From: Pseudomonadales bacterium
GTDB lineage: Bacteria > Pseudomonadota > Gammaproteobacteria > Pseudomonadales > JAHRWD01
Assembly: GCA_016763075.1 (NCBI GenBank)
Contig: JAESUM010000089.1
Location: 1,757-65,756, forward strand
Direction: 5' to 3'
DNA length: 64,000 bases
Positions 20,902-30,468 of the stretch are shown piece by piece. The position numbers were made by a program, and so were the translations under genes. Position 1 is the stretch's first letter. Every line of letters starts with the position of its first letter. The notes beneath the pieces are model-generated. The model made no database searches, was not told the DNA's origin, and was given only the letters and a program-made list of their open reading frames with translations.

Positions 20902-23109
20902 ATGGAACTTTCTCATATTCTCGACGACCTTAACGACTCTCAGCGGCAGGCGGTATCTGCCTCTCCTTCTAATCTATTGGTGTTGGCTGGTGCTGGCAGC
21001 GGTAAAACCCGCGTGCTGGTTCACCGTATTGCCTGGCTGGTTCAACACGAGGGGTATCACCCCAACAGCATTTTGTCGGTAACCTTTACCAATAAAGCCG
21101 CTGCAGAGATGAAAGGCCGCATTGAAGATTTGATGCAAACCAGCACGGCGGGCATGTGGGTGGGCACTTTTCACAGCATTGCCAACCGTTTACTGCGCCG
21201 CCACTGGAAAGAAGCCGGCATTTCGCAGGATTTCCGGATCATTGATTCGGATGATCAGCTGCGGCTGATCAAGCGCGTATATGCAGAACTTGAGGTAGAC
21301 GAAGGCAAGTGGCCTTACAAGCAAGCGCAGTGGTTTATCAATGGGCAAAAAGATGAGGGCCGCCGGGCTGGGCATATTCAGGCCCCAGAGCTTGACCTGT
21401 ATTTACGCAATATGCAGCGCATCTACCAAGCGTATGAAACTGCTTGCGAACGCGGCGGTATTCTCGATTTTGCCGAGTTACTGCTACGGGCCCACGAGCT
21501 GTGGCTAAACAACCCGGAGCTGCTGCACCATTACCAACACCGCTTTCGCCATATTTTGGTAGACGAGTTTCAAGATACCAATACCATTCAATACGCTTGG
21601 CTGCGGGTGTTAGCCGGCGACCAAGTACCGATGACCATTGTCGGCGATGACGACCAATCTATTTATGGCTGGCGCGGCGCTAAAATTGAGAATATCCAAA
21701 AGTTTAAAACAGATTTTAAAGACTCTGTGATGATTAAACTGGAGCAAAATTACCGCTCCACCAAACGGATTCTCGACAGCGCCAACCAACTGATTGCCCA
21801 TAACCCAGACCGGCTCGGTAAAACCCTGTGGACCGATGGCGAGATGGGCGACCCTATCTCGCTTTACGCTGCCTACAACGAGCACGACGAAGCGCGCTTT
21901 ATTGTTGAGCGCATTGAAGAGTGGGCCAGCGCCGGTAACTCACGTATTGATGCGGCTATTTTGTATCGCTCTAACGCGCAATCGCGGGTGATTGAAGAAG
22001 CCCTAGTGCGGGCAGCGGTGCCCTACCGCATTTATGGCGGTCATCGTTTTTACGACCGGCTAGAAATTAAAAATGCGCTGGCTTACTTACGCTTACTCAG
22101 CAACCGCGATGATGACGCTGCGATGGATCGAGTCATCAATACCCCAACTCGCGGTATTGGTGGCAAAACCCTCGAGATGCTGCGCCAACATGCTAACGAG
22201 CAAAATGTTTCTCTTTGGGCTGCGGCAAAAGACCTGCTTGGCTCGAATAGCTTAACCGGCCGCGCTCGCACCACCCTTGGCAGCTTCTTTGATCTGATCC
22301 AACAACTTGGTGAAGACACCGCAGGCTGCGATTTATATGAACAAGTTGACCATGTCATTCAGTCCAGCGGATTACTCGAGCATCACGGTAAAGAAAAAGG
22401 CGAAGCTGGCCAAGCCCGTGTAGAAAACTTAAAAGAGTTAGTCAATGCTGCCAAGCAATTTGAAACCGGCACCATGCCGTTATCGGCATTGCAAGATCAA
22501 GACCCAGACTTGGAGCTTTCGCCGCTATCGCAATTTTTAGACCAAGCAGCTTTAGATGCCGGAGATTTACAAGCCGACGAAAGCCATGACTACGTGCGGC
22601 TCATGACACTTCATTCGGCGAAGGGTTTGGAGTTCCCGCTGGTATTTCTGTCTGGTATGGAAGAGGGGTTATTCCCAAGCCGCATGTCCAACGAAGAGCC
22701 AGATCGCCTGCACGAAGAACGCCGACTCTGTTACGTGGGTATTACCCGCGCTATGAAAAAACTCTACATGAGTTATGCCGAAGTACGGCGTCTTTATGGC
22801 AGCGAAACCTACAATAAAGTTTCGCGTTTTGTAAGAGAATTACCGGCCGAACATTTAGAAGAGTTACGGCCCAAAGCATCACTAAGTATTCCGGTAAGTA
22901 CCAAAACATCACGCTTACCTCGTAACGGTAAAATTGAAGTGCCGGATACCGGAATAAATGTAGGGCAACGAGTACGCCATAAATTATTTGGCGAAGGAAT
23001 GGTCACAAATTATGAAGGTAGCGGCGACCAAGCACGTATTCAAATTAACTTTGAAAACGACGGCAGTAAATGGTTGGTAATGGGTTACGCAAAACTCGAA
23101 CCGCTTTAG
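20902..23109 (+). CDS. uvrD: DNA helicase II (UvrD)
   Basis: 735-aa SF1 helicase with Walker A AGAGSGKTRVL and motif II VDEFQDTN. The UvrD-type C-terminal extension ends ...KWLVMGYAKLEPL. Confidence 0.9.
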   Translation: MELSHILDDLNDSQRQAVSASPSNLLVLAGAGSGKTRVLVHRIAWLVQHEGYHPNSILSVTFTNKAAAEMKGRIEDLMQTSTAGMWVGTFHSIANRLLRRHWKEAGISQDFRIIDSDDQLRLIKRVYAELEVDEGKWPYKQAQWFINGQKDEGRRAGHIQAPELDLYLRNMQRIYQAYETACERGGILDFAELLLRAHELWLNNPELLHHYQHRFRHILVDEFQDTNTIQYAWLRVLAGDQVPMTIVGDDDQSIYGWRGAKIENIQKFKTDFKDSVMIKLEQNYRSTKRILDSANQLIAHNPDRLGKTLWTDGEMGDPISLYAAYNEHDEARFIVERIEEWASAGNSRIDAAILYRSNAQSRVIEEALVRAAVPYRIYGGHRFYDRLEIKNALAYLRLLSNRDDDAAMDRVINTPTRGIGGKTLEMLRQHANEQNVSLWAAAKDLLGSNSLTGRARTTLGSFFDLIQQLGEDTAGCDLYEQVDHVIQSSGLLEHHGKEKGEAGQARVENLKELVNAAKQFETGTMPLSALQDQDPDLELSPLSQFLDQAALDAGDLQADESHDYVRLMTLHSAKGLEFPLVFLSGMEEGLFPSRMSNEEPDRLHEERRLCYVGITRAMKKLYMSYAEVRRLYGSETYNKVSRFVRELPAEHLEELRPKASLSIPVSTKTSRLPRNGKIEVPDTGINVGQRVRHKLFGEGMVTNYEGSGDQARIQINFENDGSKWLVMGYAKLEPL

Positions 23110-23174
23110 ATATCATTGCACCATCCACGAATAATCTATTTTTATAGCACTATAAAAGAAAACAGGAATGACCC

Positions 23175-24302
23175 ATGTTAAACATGACACTCAAAAAAAT
23201 AACAAAAATAATTGTCGTCGGCACCGCCCTTTTATTTTTAACAAGCTGCTCTAAAACAGATAATGCGGCCTCTGGCAGTACGCAAACCCCAGCTGTTGCT
23301 GCGCAACAAACCTACCACTGGAAATTAGTTACATCCTGGCCAAAGAATTTTCCTGGTTTAGGCGTAGCACCAGAGCGGTTAGCCACTTGGGTAAAAGAAA
23401 TGAGCGGTGGGCGTTTACAAGTCAAAGTATACGGCGCGGGCGAGTTAGTACCTGCATTAGAGGTATTTGATGCGGTATCACGCGGTACCGCAGAAATGGG
23501 GCATAGCGGCGCATACTATTGGAAAGGTAAAGCACCAGAGGCTCAGTTTTTTTCGTCGGTTCCCTTTGGCTTAAATGCACAAGAGATGAATGCATGGCTG
23601 CATTACGGTGGCGGCCTTGAACTGTGGCAAGAAGTTTACGAACCTTTTGGTCTTATTCCATTGGCCGGTGGCAACAGCGGCGTTCAAATGGCGGGTTGGT
23701 TTAATAAAGAAATTAATTCAATCGAAGATATTAAAGGCCTGAAAATGCGTATCCCCGGACTGGGCGGTGAAGTCATGACACGACTAGGTGCACTAACAGA
23801 AAACTTGCCCGGCGGAGAAATATTTACCGCGTTACAAACGGGCAGAATTGATGCTACCGAATGGGTTGGCCCATATAATGACCTTGCCTTTGGTTTAAAT
23901 AAAGCTGCTAAATTTTACTATTACCCCGGTTGGCATGAGCCTGGCACCACTATGGAGTTAACCGTAAACAAAAAGTCGTTTGATGCATTGCCAAAAGATC
24001 TTCAAACAATTCTTACTGTTGCAGCCCGAGCCGTAAACCAAGATATGCTTGATGAATACACTGCCAAAAATAATGCTGCACTGAAACAGCTAATGGAAAA
24101 TAGCGATATTCAACTGCGACCGCTCCCTACTGATGTTTTAGAAAAGCTTAAAGAAGTATCTGACCAAGTAGTACTTGAGCTAAGCGAAACAAACCCAAAT
24201 GCCAAGAGAATTTATAAATCGTTTAATGAGTTTCGCTCAAACGTGATTGATTATCACAAGATATCTGAACAGGCATTTATTAATGCTCGTCAAACGCCTT
24301 AA
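23175..24302 (+). CDS. TRAP transporter substrate-binding protein (DctP superfamily; lipoprotein signal)
   Basis: 375-aa ORF with signal and lipobox LLFLTSC, and a DctP-type fold signature (WKLVTSWPKNFPGLG...YYWKGK). Confidence 0.85.
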   Translation: MLNMTLKKITKIIVVGTALLFLTSCSKTDNAASGSTQTPAVAAQQTYHWKLVTSWPKNFPGLGVAPERLATWVKEMSGGRLQVKVYGAGELVPALEVFDAVSRGTAEMGHSGAYYWKGKAPEAQFFSSVPFGLNAQEMNAWLHYGGGLELWQEVYEPFGLIPLAGGNSGVQMAGWFNKEINSIEDIKGLKMRIPGLGGEVMTRLGALTENLPGGEIFTALQTGRIDATEWVGPYNDLAFGLNKAAKFYYYPGWHEPGTTMELTVNKKSFDALPKDLQTILTVAARAVNQDMLDEYTAKNNAALKQLMENSDIQLRPLPTDVLEKLKEVSDQVVLELSETNPNAKRIYKSFNEFRSNVIDYHKISEQAFINARQTP

Positions 24303-24481
24303 TATTTTGCCTAAGCAACAAACTTTCGAGAAACCAATAAAGCGTACGGAGTTCCCACTTATGCACTGTACTTCACAACAATACACGCTAGTGCGATACC
24401 ATAAGCCAAATGAGCACACTAAACTTAATTGTAAAATTATCTAAAATTTGAACCTCAATCTCTAAAAGGAATTTCAAGGCT

Positions 24482-24835
24482 ATGAAGAACTATAAAATTG
24501 CAGCATCAGTTATAGGTATATCAGCTATTTTAACGGCCTGCGCGTCAATTGAAGGTACGATATCGCCAATGGGTGGCAACCAATATAAGTCATTTGTATC
24601 CGCTGAGAAAAAGCCTGAAGCACTTAGTATTGCCAGTAGTGACGCTAAACTAACCTGCAAAGAGGAAGGCAACGGTAAGTATGTTGTTGTATCTCAAGAA
24701 GTGATTAAGCAAGAACCAAAAGGCATTGAGACTGGGAATAAATGGCTTGATAAAGCTATTGTAATTGGCACCGTTGGTTACGGCCCTAACAAGGAAATTC
24801 GTTTTGAGGTCACAACGACTTTTACGTGTCAGTAG
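24482..24835 (+). CDS. small hypothetical lipoprotein
   Basis: 117-aa ORF with signal peptide and lipobox ISAILTAC, and AAGGA upstream. No recognisable family. Confidence 0.55.
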   Translation: MKNYKIAASVIGISAILTACASIEGTISPMGGNQYKSFVSAEKKPEALSIASSDAKLTCKEEGNGKYVVVSQEVIKQEPKGIETGNKWLDKAIVIGTVGYGPNKEIRFEVTTTFTCQ

Positions 24836-24868
24836 GACAAGCCGCCTAACTACAGGCTACCGCCTTTT

Positions 24869-26248
24869 TTATTGCGGATAAATTTGGTGCGGTAGCCAAG
24901 TCGCCAATTCTGGCCATAAGCTTAATAGTAAAAGTACAAATAATTGAATGCCTATAAACGGTATAACCCCTTTGTATATTGCCGAGGTTGGCACCGAATC
25001 CGGTGCAACTCCTCGCAAATAAAACAAAGCGAAGCCAAATGGCGGGGTTAGAAATGAAGTCTGCAGGTTTATGGCTATCATTATTCCAAGCCAAATTGGG
25101 TCTAGCCCCATGGCTAGTAAAACAGGCCCCACAATGGGTACGACTACAAATGTAATTTCAATAAAATCTAAAATAAAACCAAGTAGAAATATTACGAGCA
25201 TCACTAGCACGGTTGCAGTGATAACCCCGCCAGGTAATGCGCTGAACATATTTTGAATCAGCTCGTCGCCACCAAAACCACGAAATACCAACGAAAACAC
25301 CGCAGCACCGATTAGAATCATAAAGACCATGCAGGTCACTTCTGTAGTAGATATCACCACTTCTTTTAGCTTTTTCATAGACAGCTGTTTGTAGGAAAGT
25401 GCCAATAGGGTTGCGCCCATTGCACCAACGGCAGCGGCTTCAGTTGAGGTTGCGATGCCAGTTAAAATGGAGCCCAACACGGAAAGAATAAGCGCAAGTG
25501 GCGGTATTAATTCGGTTAAGAGGTAGCCGAGTGAGTTACCGTTATTTTCGGAATCTGTTTCTATATAGGGTGGAACTTCATTTGGTTTTAGTTTCGCTAT
25601 AACAAATATGTAAGCGATATATAAACAAACAAGAATTAGACCAGGAATGAGTGCACCGGCAAATAAGTCGCCAACGGATATCGTTTTGGGGTTAAAGATT
25701 CCCATACTTAGCTGAGCTTGCTGATAAGAGCTTGATAACACATCTCCCAATAACACCAGCGCAATTGATGGCGGAATTATTTGTCCTAAGGTACCAGTGG
25801 CACAAATAGTACCTGTTGCGATAGCTGGGCTATAGCCACGTTTTATCATAGTGGGCAATGACATGAGCCCCATGGTCACCACGGTTGCACCAACAATACC
25901 TGTGCTTGCTGCTAATAATGCACCGACAATAACAACAGAAATACCAAGTCCGCCTTTTACGTTTTTAAACAGCTCCGCCATTGCCTCGAGTAGGCGCTCT
26001 GCCAATTTTGATTTCTCTAACATCACGCCCATTAATACAAATAGCGGAACGGCTATGAGTGTTTGATTGGTCATGGTGCCGAATATTCGATTCGGTAATG
26101 CGGTTAAAAATGCCGAATCGAGTGTTCCTGTAAACTGGCCAAAAAGGGCAAATATTAATGCGGTTCCTGCGAGTGAAAACGCCACTGGGTATCCGGCCAT
26201 CAGCACTAAACAAATCACTGCGAACATGTATAAAGCGATAAACGACAC
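24869..26248 (-). CDS. TRAP transporter large permease (DctM family)
   Basis: 459-aa polytopic membrane ORF placed directly after a DctQ-like ORF. DctM-like composition and length. Confidence 0.9.
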   Translation of the reverse strand: MSFIALYMFAVICLVLMAGYPVAFSLAGTALIFALFGQFTGTLDSAFLTALPNRIFGTMTNQTLIAVPLFVLMGVMLEKSKLAERLLEAMAELFKNVKGGLGISVVIVGALLAASTGIVGATVVTMGLMSLPTMIKRGYSPAIATGTICATGTLGQIIPPSIALVLLGDVLSSSYQQAQLSMGIFNPKTISVGDLFAGALIPGLILVCLYIAYIFVIAKLKPNEVPPYIETDSENNGNSLGYLLTELIPPLALILSVLGSILTGIATSTEAAAVGAMGATLLALSYKQLSMKKLKEVVISTTEVTCMVFMILIGAAVFSLVFRGFGGDELIQNMFSALPGGVITATVLVMLVIFLLGFILDFIEITFVVVPIVGPVLLAMGLDPIWLGIMIAINLQTSFLTPPFGFALFYLRGVAPDSVPTSAIYKGVIPFIGIQLFVLLLLSLWPELATWLPHQIYPQ

Positions 26249-26250
26249 GG

Positions 26251-26793
26251 CTACAAACCTATAGTTTCTTTTGGTGAATCAATGCCTGCCTGGCCGCAAC
26301 CAGATAAAATAAGGCCATTACGAATGAGTTCTGCAATGGCTTGCAATGTGAGCAATGCGCTCATTAATAAAATTAAACTTTTAAGTAGGAACACAGCAGG
26401 AATACCACCCACCTGCGCAGAACTTTCTAGAATTTGCCACGATGCTGCGACGTATTCCCAACTGACTACACCTATGAAAAGGCATACTGGCAGCAATAAA
26501 AAACAGGTGCCGATGATATCTACACGCGCTTTTCCAATAGCAGAAAGTTGATTGTAAAAAATGTCGACCCTTACATGTCCGCCACGTTTTAACGTAAAAG
26601 CAGCGCCCAGCATAAACACCATCGAATGCATATAGATGACGGACTCATCCAAAGCCGTGAAACCAATTTGAAACAAGTACCGCAGTACTACGCTGGTAAA
26701 CATAACTAGCATCATCACTAGCGTGAGCCACGCAATAGCATTACCACAGTGTTCGGTAAAGGCATCGATCGTTGAGAGAATTTTTTTCAGCAT
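26251..26793 (-). CDS. TRAP transporter small permease (DctQ family)
   Basis: 180-aa ORF with four hydrophobic helices, 2 nt upstream of the DctM ORF. Confidence 0.8.
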   Translation of the reverse strand: MLKKILSTIDAFTEHCGNAIAWLTLVMMLVMFTSVVLRYLFQIGFTALDESVIYMHSMVFMLGAAFTLKRGGHVRVDIFYNQLSAIGKARVDIIGTCFLLLPVCLFIGVVSWEYVAASWQILESSAQVGGIPAVFLLKSLILLMSALLTLQAIAELIRNGLILSGCGQAGIDSPKETIGL

Positions 26794-26992
26794 GAAGATT
26801 TTTTCTGGAAGTCGTAGTTAACGGTGGTTCGCGATAATAAACTTAGCCCGCGCCTATTTTGGCAGGGCAACACACCATTATACATATCTGTTAACCAACA
26901 AGATTATGGCTACAGCGGGGAGTGGATACACGAGGGATACACGTAGTAACTAGCGAGGTGTTGCAACAACGGAGGCGGGGGTAAAAGCCATA

Positions 26993-27028
26993 CCCGCCTG
27001 AATATGCAGCAACGCGCACTCAGGCGGG
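26993..27028 (-). terminator. hairpin downstream of idh (terminator candidate with an alternative pairing partner)
   Basis: Minus strand reads CCCGCCTGA-(18 nt)-TCAGGCGGG followed by TATGGCTTTTAC. A third copy of CCCGCCT lies further downstream on the minus strand (plus-strand AGGCGGG at 26973-26979) and can pair instead. Confidence 0.45.
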
Positions 27029-27041
27029 GTATTCGTTAAAA

Positions 27042-29261
27042 CTAACTTTTGATTAGGCTATTTAAGGTCTCGCTTGGCCGCATTAATTTTTCAACGATAT
27101 CGGTATCCGGCAAGAAGTAACCTTGCATATCAACCGGTTGCCCTTGGCAGGTGCTGAGCTCTTCAATGATTTTATCTTCGTTGGCGGCCAAGGCTTTGGC
27201 CAGGCTAGTGAACTCGCTTTGCAGTTGCGCATCTTCCTTTTGCTCGGCCAGTGCCTGCGCCCAATAAAGCGCAAGATAAAAGTGGCTGCCGCGGTTATCA
27301 AGCTCACCCGCTTTACGCGACGGCGACTTACCCGTTGCTAACAGCTTACCGGTTGCTTTATCTAGAGTCTCGGCCAAAATTCCGGCCTTTTTATTACCCG
27401 TTTTCACTGCAACTTCTTCAAGTGAAACGCCAATAGCTAAGAATTCGCCCAGTGAATCCCAGCGAAGGTGATCTTCTTCTACGAACTGCTGGACATGTTT
27501 AGGTGCTGATCCGCCTGCTCCGGTTTCAAATAAACCGCCGCCTGCCATCAGTGGTACTACGGAAAGCATTTTTGCGCTGGTCCCTAGCTCAAGAATAGGA
27601 AACAGGTCAGTCAGGTAATCGCGCAACACGTTGCCGGTGACTGAAATCGTGTCTTCACCTTGCATGATGCGCTCCATGGTATAGCGAATGGCCCGTTGCG
27701 GTGTGAGAGTGAAAATATTAAGCCCATCGGTATCGAGCTCCGCGAGGTACTTATTAACCTTTAATGCCATCTGCTCATCGTGACCACGCAGGTAATCTAG
27801 CCAGAACACGGCTGGCATGCCGCTAGCGCGGGCGCGCGTTACTGCTAGTTTTACCCAGTCGCGAATGGCGCCGTCTTTAGCTTGGAACATTCTCCAAACA
27901 TCGCCTTCTTCAAGCTCGTCGTGCTGCAACCATACTCTGCCAGCATCATCGACAATACGGATGCTGCCATCTGTAGGTACCACAAACGTTTTATCGTGTG
28001 AGCCGTATTCTTCAGCTTGTTGGGCCATTAGGCCAACGTTCGGGCTAGTCCCCATTTTTGTGGGATCAAAGGCATCGTTATGCTTACAAAAATTGATCGC
28101 TTCTTGGTAAATGGTGGCATAACAGCTATCAGGGATTACTGCTTTGGTGTCTTCAAGTTTGCCGTGGGAATCCCACATTTTTCCGCTATCGCGAATCATT
28201 GCAGGCATTGAAGCATCTACAATAACGTCGCTCGGTACATGAAGATTGGTAATACCACGATCAGAGTCGACCATCGCGAGCATGGGCCGGCTTTCGTAAC
28301 ATTTACGTAAATCTGATTCAATTTCAGAGCGTTTTGAGTATCGTAATTTATCTACTTTTCTTAGCGCTGCCCCTAAACCATCGTTAGGATTAATGCCGAG
28401 TTCATCGAAGGTTTCGTGGTGCTTTTCCCAAGCGTCTTTAAAGTAGACCGTTACAGCATGACCAAATACGATAGGGTCGGATACCTTCATCATGGTTGCT
28501 TTCAGGTGAAGTGAAAACAGTAAGCCGGCATTGCGTGCGCCTTCCATTTCCTCATCTAAGAATTTACGCAGTGCTTTTGTACTCATATATTGAGCACTGA
28601 CGATTTCTAAGTCTTCTACTGCCACTTCTTTTAAAACCGAAACTTGGCCATCTTTAGCGACCATTTCAATTTTAAGGGTTGTTGCCTTGTTCATGGTGCA
28701 TGAAATATCGCTAGCGTAAAAATCTCCGCTACGCATGTGGGCAACATGAGTTCGTGAAGCCTGGCTCCATTTGCCCATACGGTGAGGGTTTGTTCGAGCG
28801 TACTGCTTTACTGCACCCGGGGCGCGTCGGTCAGAATTCCCCTCGCGAAGAACGGGGTTTACTGCACTGCCAAGTATAGTTGCATAGGTTTGTTGAATGG
28901 CTTGGAGCTCTGCGGTATCCGGCGATTCCGGGTAGTCAGGAATATCGTAGCCCTTTTTTTGCAGCTCTTGAATTGCGCTGGTTAACTGAGGAATAGAGGC
29001 GCTAATGTTGGGCAATTTTACGATGTTTGCATTGGGGTCTTGGGTCAGCTCGCCAAGTGTTTTTAATGCATCCGGTACTTTCTGGCTTTCCGATAGGCCT
29101 TCAGGGAAGCCACTCAGAATTCGGGCTGCTAGTGAAATGTCACTGGTTTCTACTTCAATGCCTGCAGCGGCGGTAAATGTTTTAACTATGGGTAGTAATG
29201 AGTATGTGGCGAGTGCGGGGGCTTCGTCTGTTTTGGTATAAATGATCTTCGATGTGGTCAT
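27042..29261 (-). CDS. idh: monomeric NADP-dependent isocitrate dehydrogenase
   Basis: About 740 aa, colinear with the Azotobacter/Pseudomonas monomeric IDH as I recall it ([21 protein letters not shown]..., [23 protein letters not shown]). I start it at ATG 29261, preceded by AGAGGGA. The track ORF extends 8 codons further to 29285. Confidence 0.95.
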   Translation of the reverse strand: MTTSKIIYTKTDEAPALATYSLLPIVKTFTAAAGIEVETSDISLAARILSGFPEGLSESQKVPDALKTLGELTQDPNANIVKLPNISASIPQLTSAIQELQKKGYDIPDYPESPDTAELQAIQQTYATILGSAVNPVLREGNSDRRAPGAVKQYARTNPHRMGKWSQASRTHVAHMRSGDFYASDISCTMNKATTLKIEMVAKDGQVSVLKEVAVEDLEIVSAQYMSTKALRKFLDEEMEGARNAGLLFSLHLKATMMKVSDPIVFGHAVTVYFKDAWEKHHETFDELGINPNDGLGAALRKVDKLRYSKRSEIESDLRKCYESRPMLAMVDSDRGITNLHVPSDVIVDASMPAMIRDSGKMWDSHGKLEDTKAVIPDSCYATIYQEAINFCKHNDAFDPTKMGTSPNVGLMAQQAEEYGSHDKTFVVPTDGSIRIVDDAGRVWLQHDELEEGDVWRMFQAKDGAIRDWVKLAVTRARASGMPAVFWLDYLRGHDEQMALKVNKYLAELDTDGLNIFTLTPQRAIRYTMERIMQGEDTISVTGNVLRDYLTDLFPILELGTSAKMLSVVPLMAGGGLFETGAGGSAPKHVQQFVEEDHLRWDSLGEFLAIGVSLEEVAVKTGNKKAGILAETLDKATGKLLATGKSPSRKAGELDNRGSHFYLALYWAQALAEQKEDAQLQSEFTSLAKALAANEDKIIEELSTCQGQPVDMQGYFLPDTDIVEKLMRPSETLNSLIKS

Positions 29262-29570
29262 AATTCCCTCTTGTCTGTTATCCAAATAAACCTGGCAGAA
29301 TCTGGAACGCCTATTCAGCGTAGTTCTTTTTCAGCGAAAAGAAGCAAAGTAGACGTGCGGCTGAGAGCCTTTTAAAAGACTTAGGTAGCAAGCGTTAGTT
29401 TGATTAACCGCTTGGAACGGGCGACGCGTACGTAAGAAATGCCCAGGTATGGCTAGTTTCGGAAGCCACATTATAACCTGAATTGAAAATGTTCTCTTAC
29501 GTTTGGCTGGTCATAGATGAAATGCTAAACGTTGCTTGTTAAATACGATGGCTTAACGATTTGGCCGACG

Positions 29571-30413
29571 CTACTCAAAAACAACCGTTCTGTTTTTATA
29601 CACTAGCACCTTTTCTTCAAGCAGTTGCTGTAGCGCATGGGTTAATACAGATTCTTCAACATGACGGCCAGCCTCGGCCATTTTTTCCGCCGAATAGCGG
29701 TGATCAACCCGAATAACATCCTGGGAAATAATCGGTCCTTCATCCAAATCATCGGTAACAAAATGTGCGGTCGCACCAATAATTTTTACACCGCGTTTAT
29801 ACGCCTGATGATATGGTTTTGCGCCAACGAATGCCGGCAAGAATGAGTGGTGAATATTAATTATTTTGTTCGCGTAACTTGCAACAAAACCACCCGTCAA
29901 AATACGCATGTACTTTGCTAAAACAACGTAGTCCGGATCATACCCATCGATAATGCCTTTGATCTGTTGCTCGTGAATATCCCGGTCAATATTCTTATGG
30001 GTTATGTGATGAAAAGGGATACCAAATTTTTCAGTAAGGTCTGCCAATGTACTGTAGTTTCCGATAACGGCAACGATTTCTGCATTAAGCGAACCGTAAA
30101 TACTTTTTAGTAATAGCTCCCCCAAGCAATGGGGTTCTTTGGTGACCATTAATACCAAGCGTCTTCGGCCAGGCTTTACTAATCTTATGTTAGCGCCGGT
30201 AGGTAACGCTTTGGTTAGTTCAGCTATTAAGCTTTCGTCTGAAAACTTACCTTCTAACTCAGTACGCATAAAAAAATGATCATGGTCACTATCGACAAAT
30301 TCATCATTACGGACAATATTTAATTGCTGCCCATGACAAATATTCGTAATGATTGCAATTAGCCCGGTTTCATCAGGGCAATCAACAATAAGAGTTTGGC
30401 TATAAAGTTTCAT
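29571..30413 (-). CDS. purU: formyltetrahydrofolate deformylase
   Basis: 280-aa ORF with an N-terminal ACT-like domain plus a formyltransferase core (INIHHSFLPAFVGAKPYHQA). Confidence 0.92.
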   Translation of the reverse strand: MKLYSQTLIVDCPDETGLIAIITNICHGQQLNIVRNDEFVDSDHDHFFMRTELEGKFSDESLIAELTKALPTGANIRLVKPGRRRLVLMVTKEPHCLGELLLKSIYGSLNAEIVAVIGNYSTLADLTEKFGIPFHHITHKNIDRDIHEQQIKGIIDGYDPDYVVLAKYMRILTGGFVASYANKIINIHHSFLPAFVGAKPYHQAYKRGVKIIGATAHFVTDDLDEGPIISQDVIRVDHRYSAEKMAEAGRHVEESVLTHALQQLLEEKVLVYKNRTVVFE

Positions 30414-30468
30414 AATACGTTTCGCATTCTAAATGTCACGCAACCGAATTAACTTCGGCAACCGTCTT

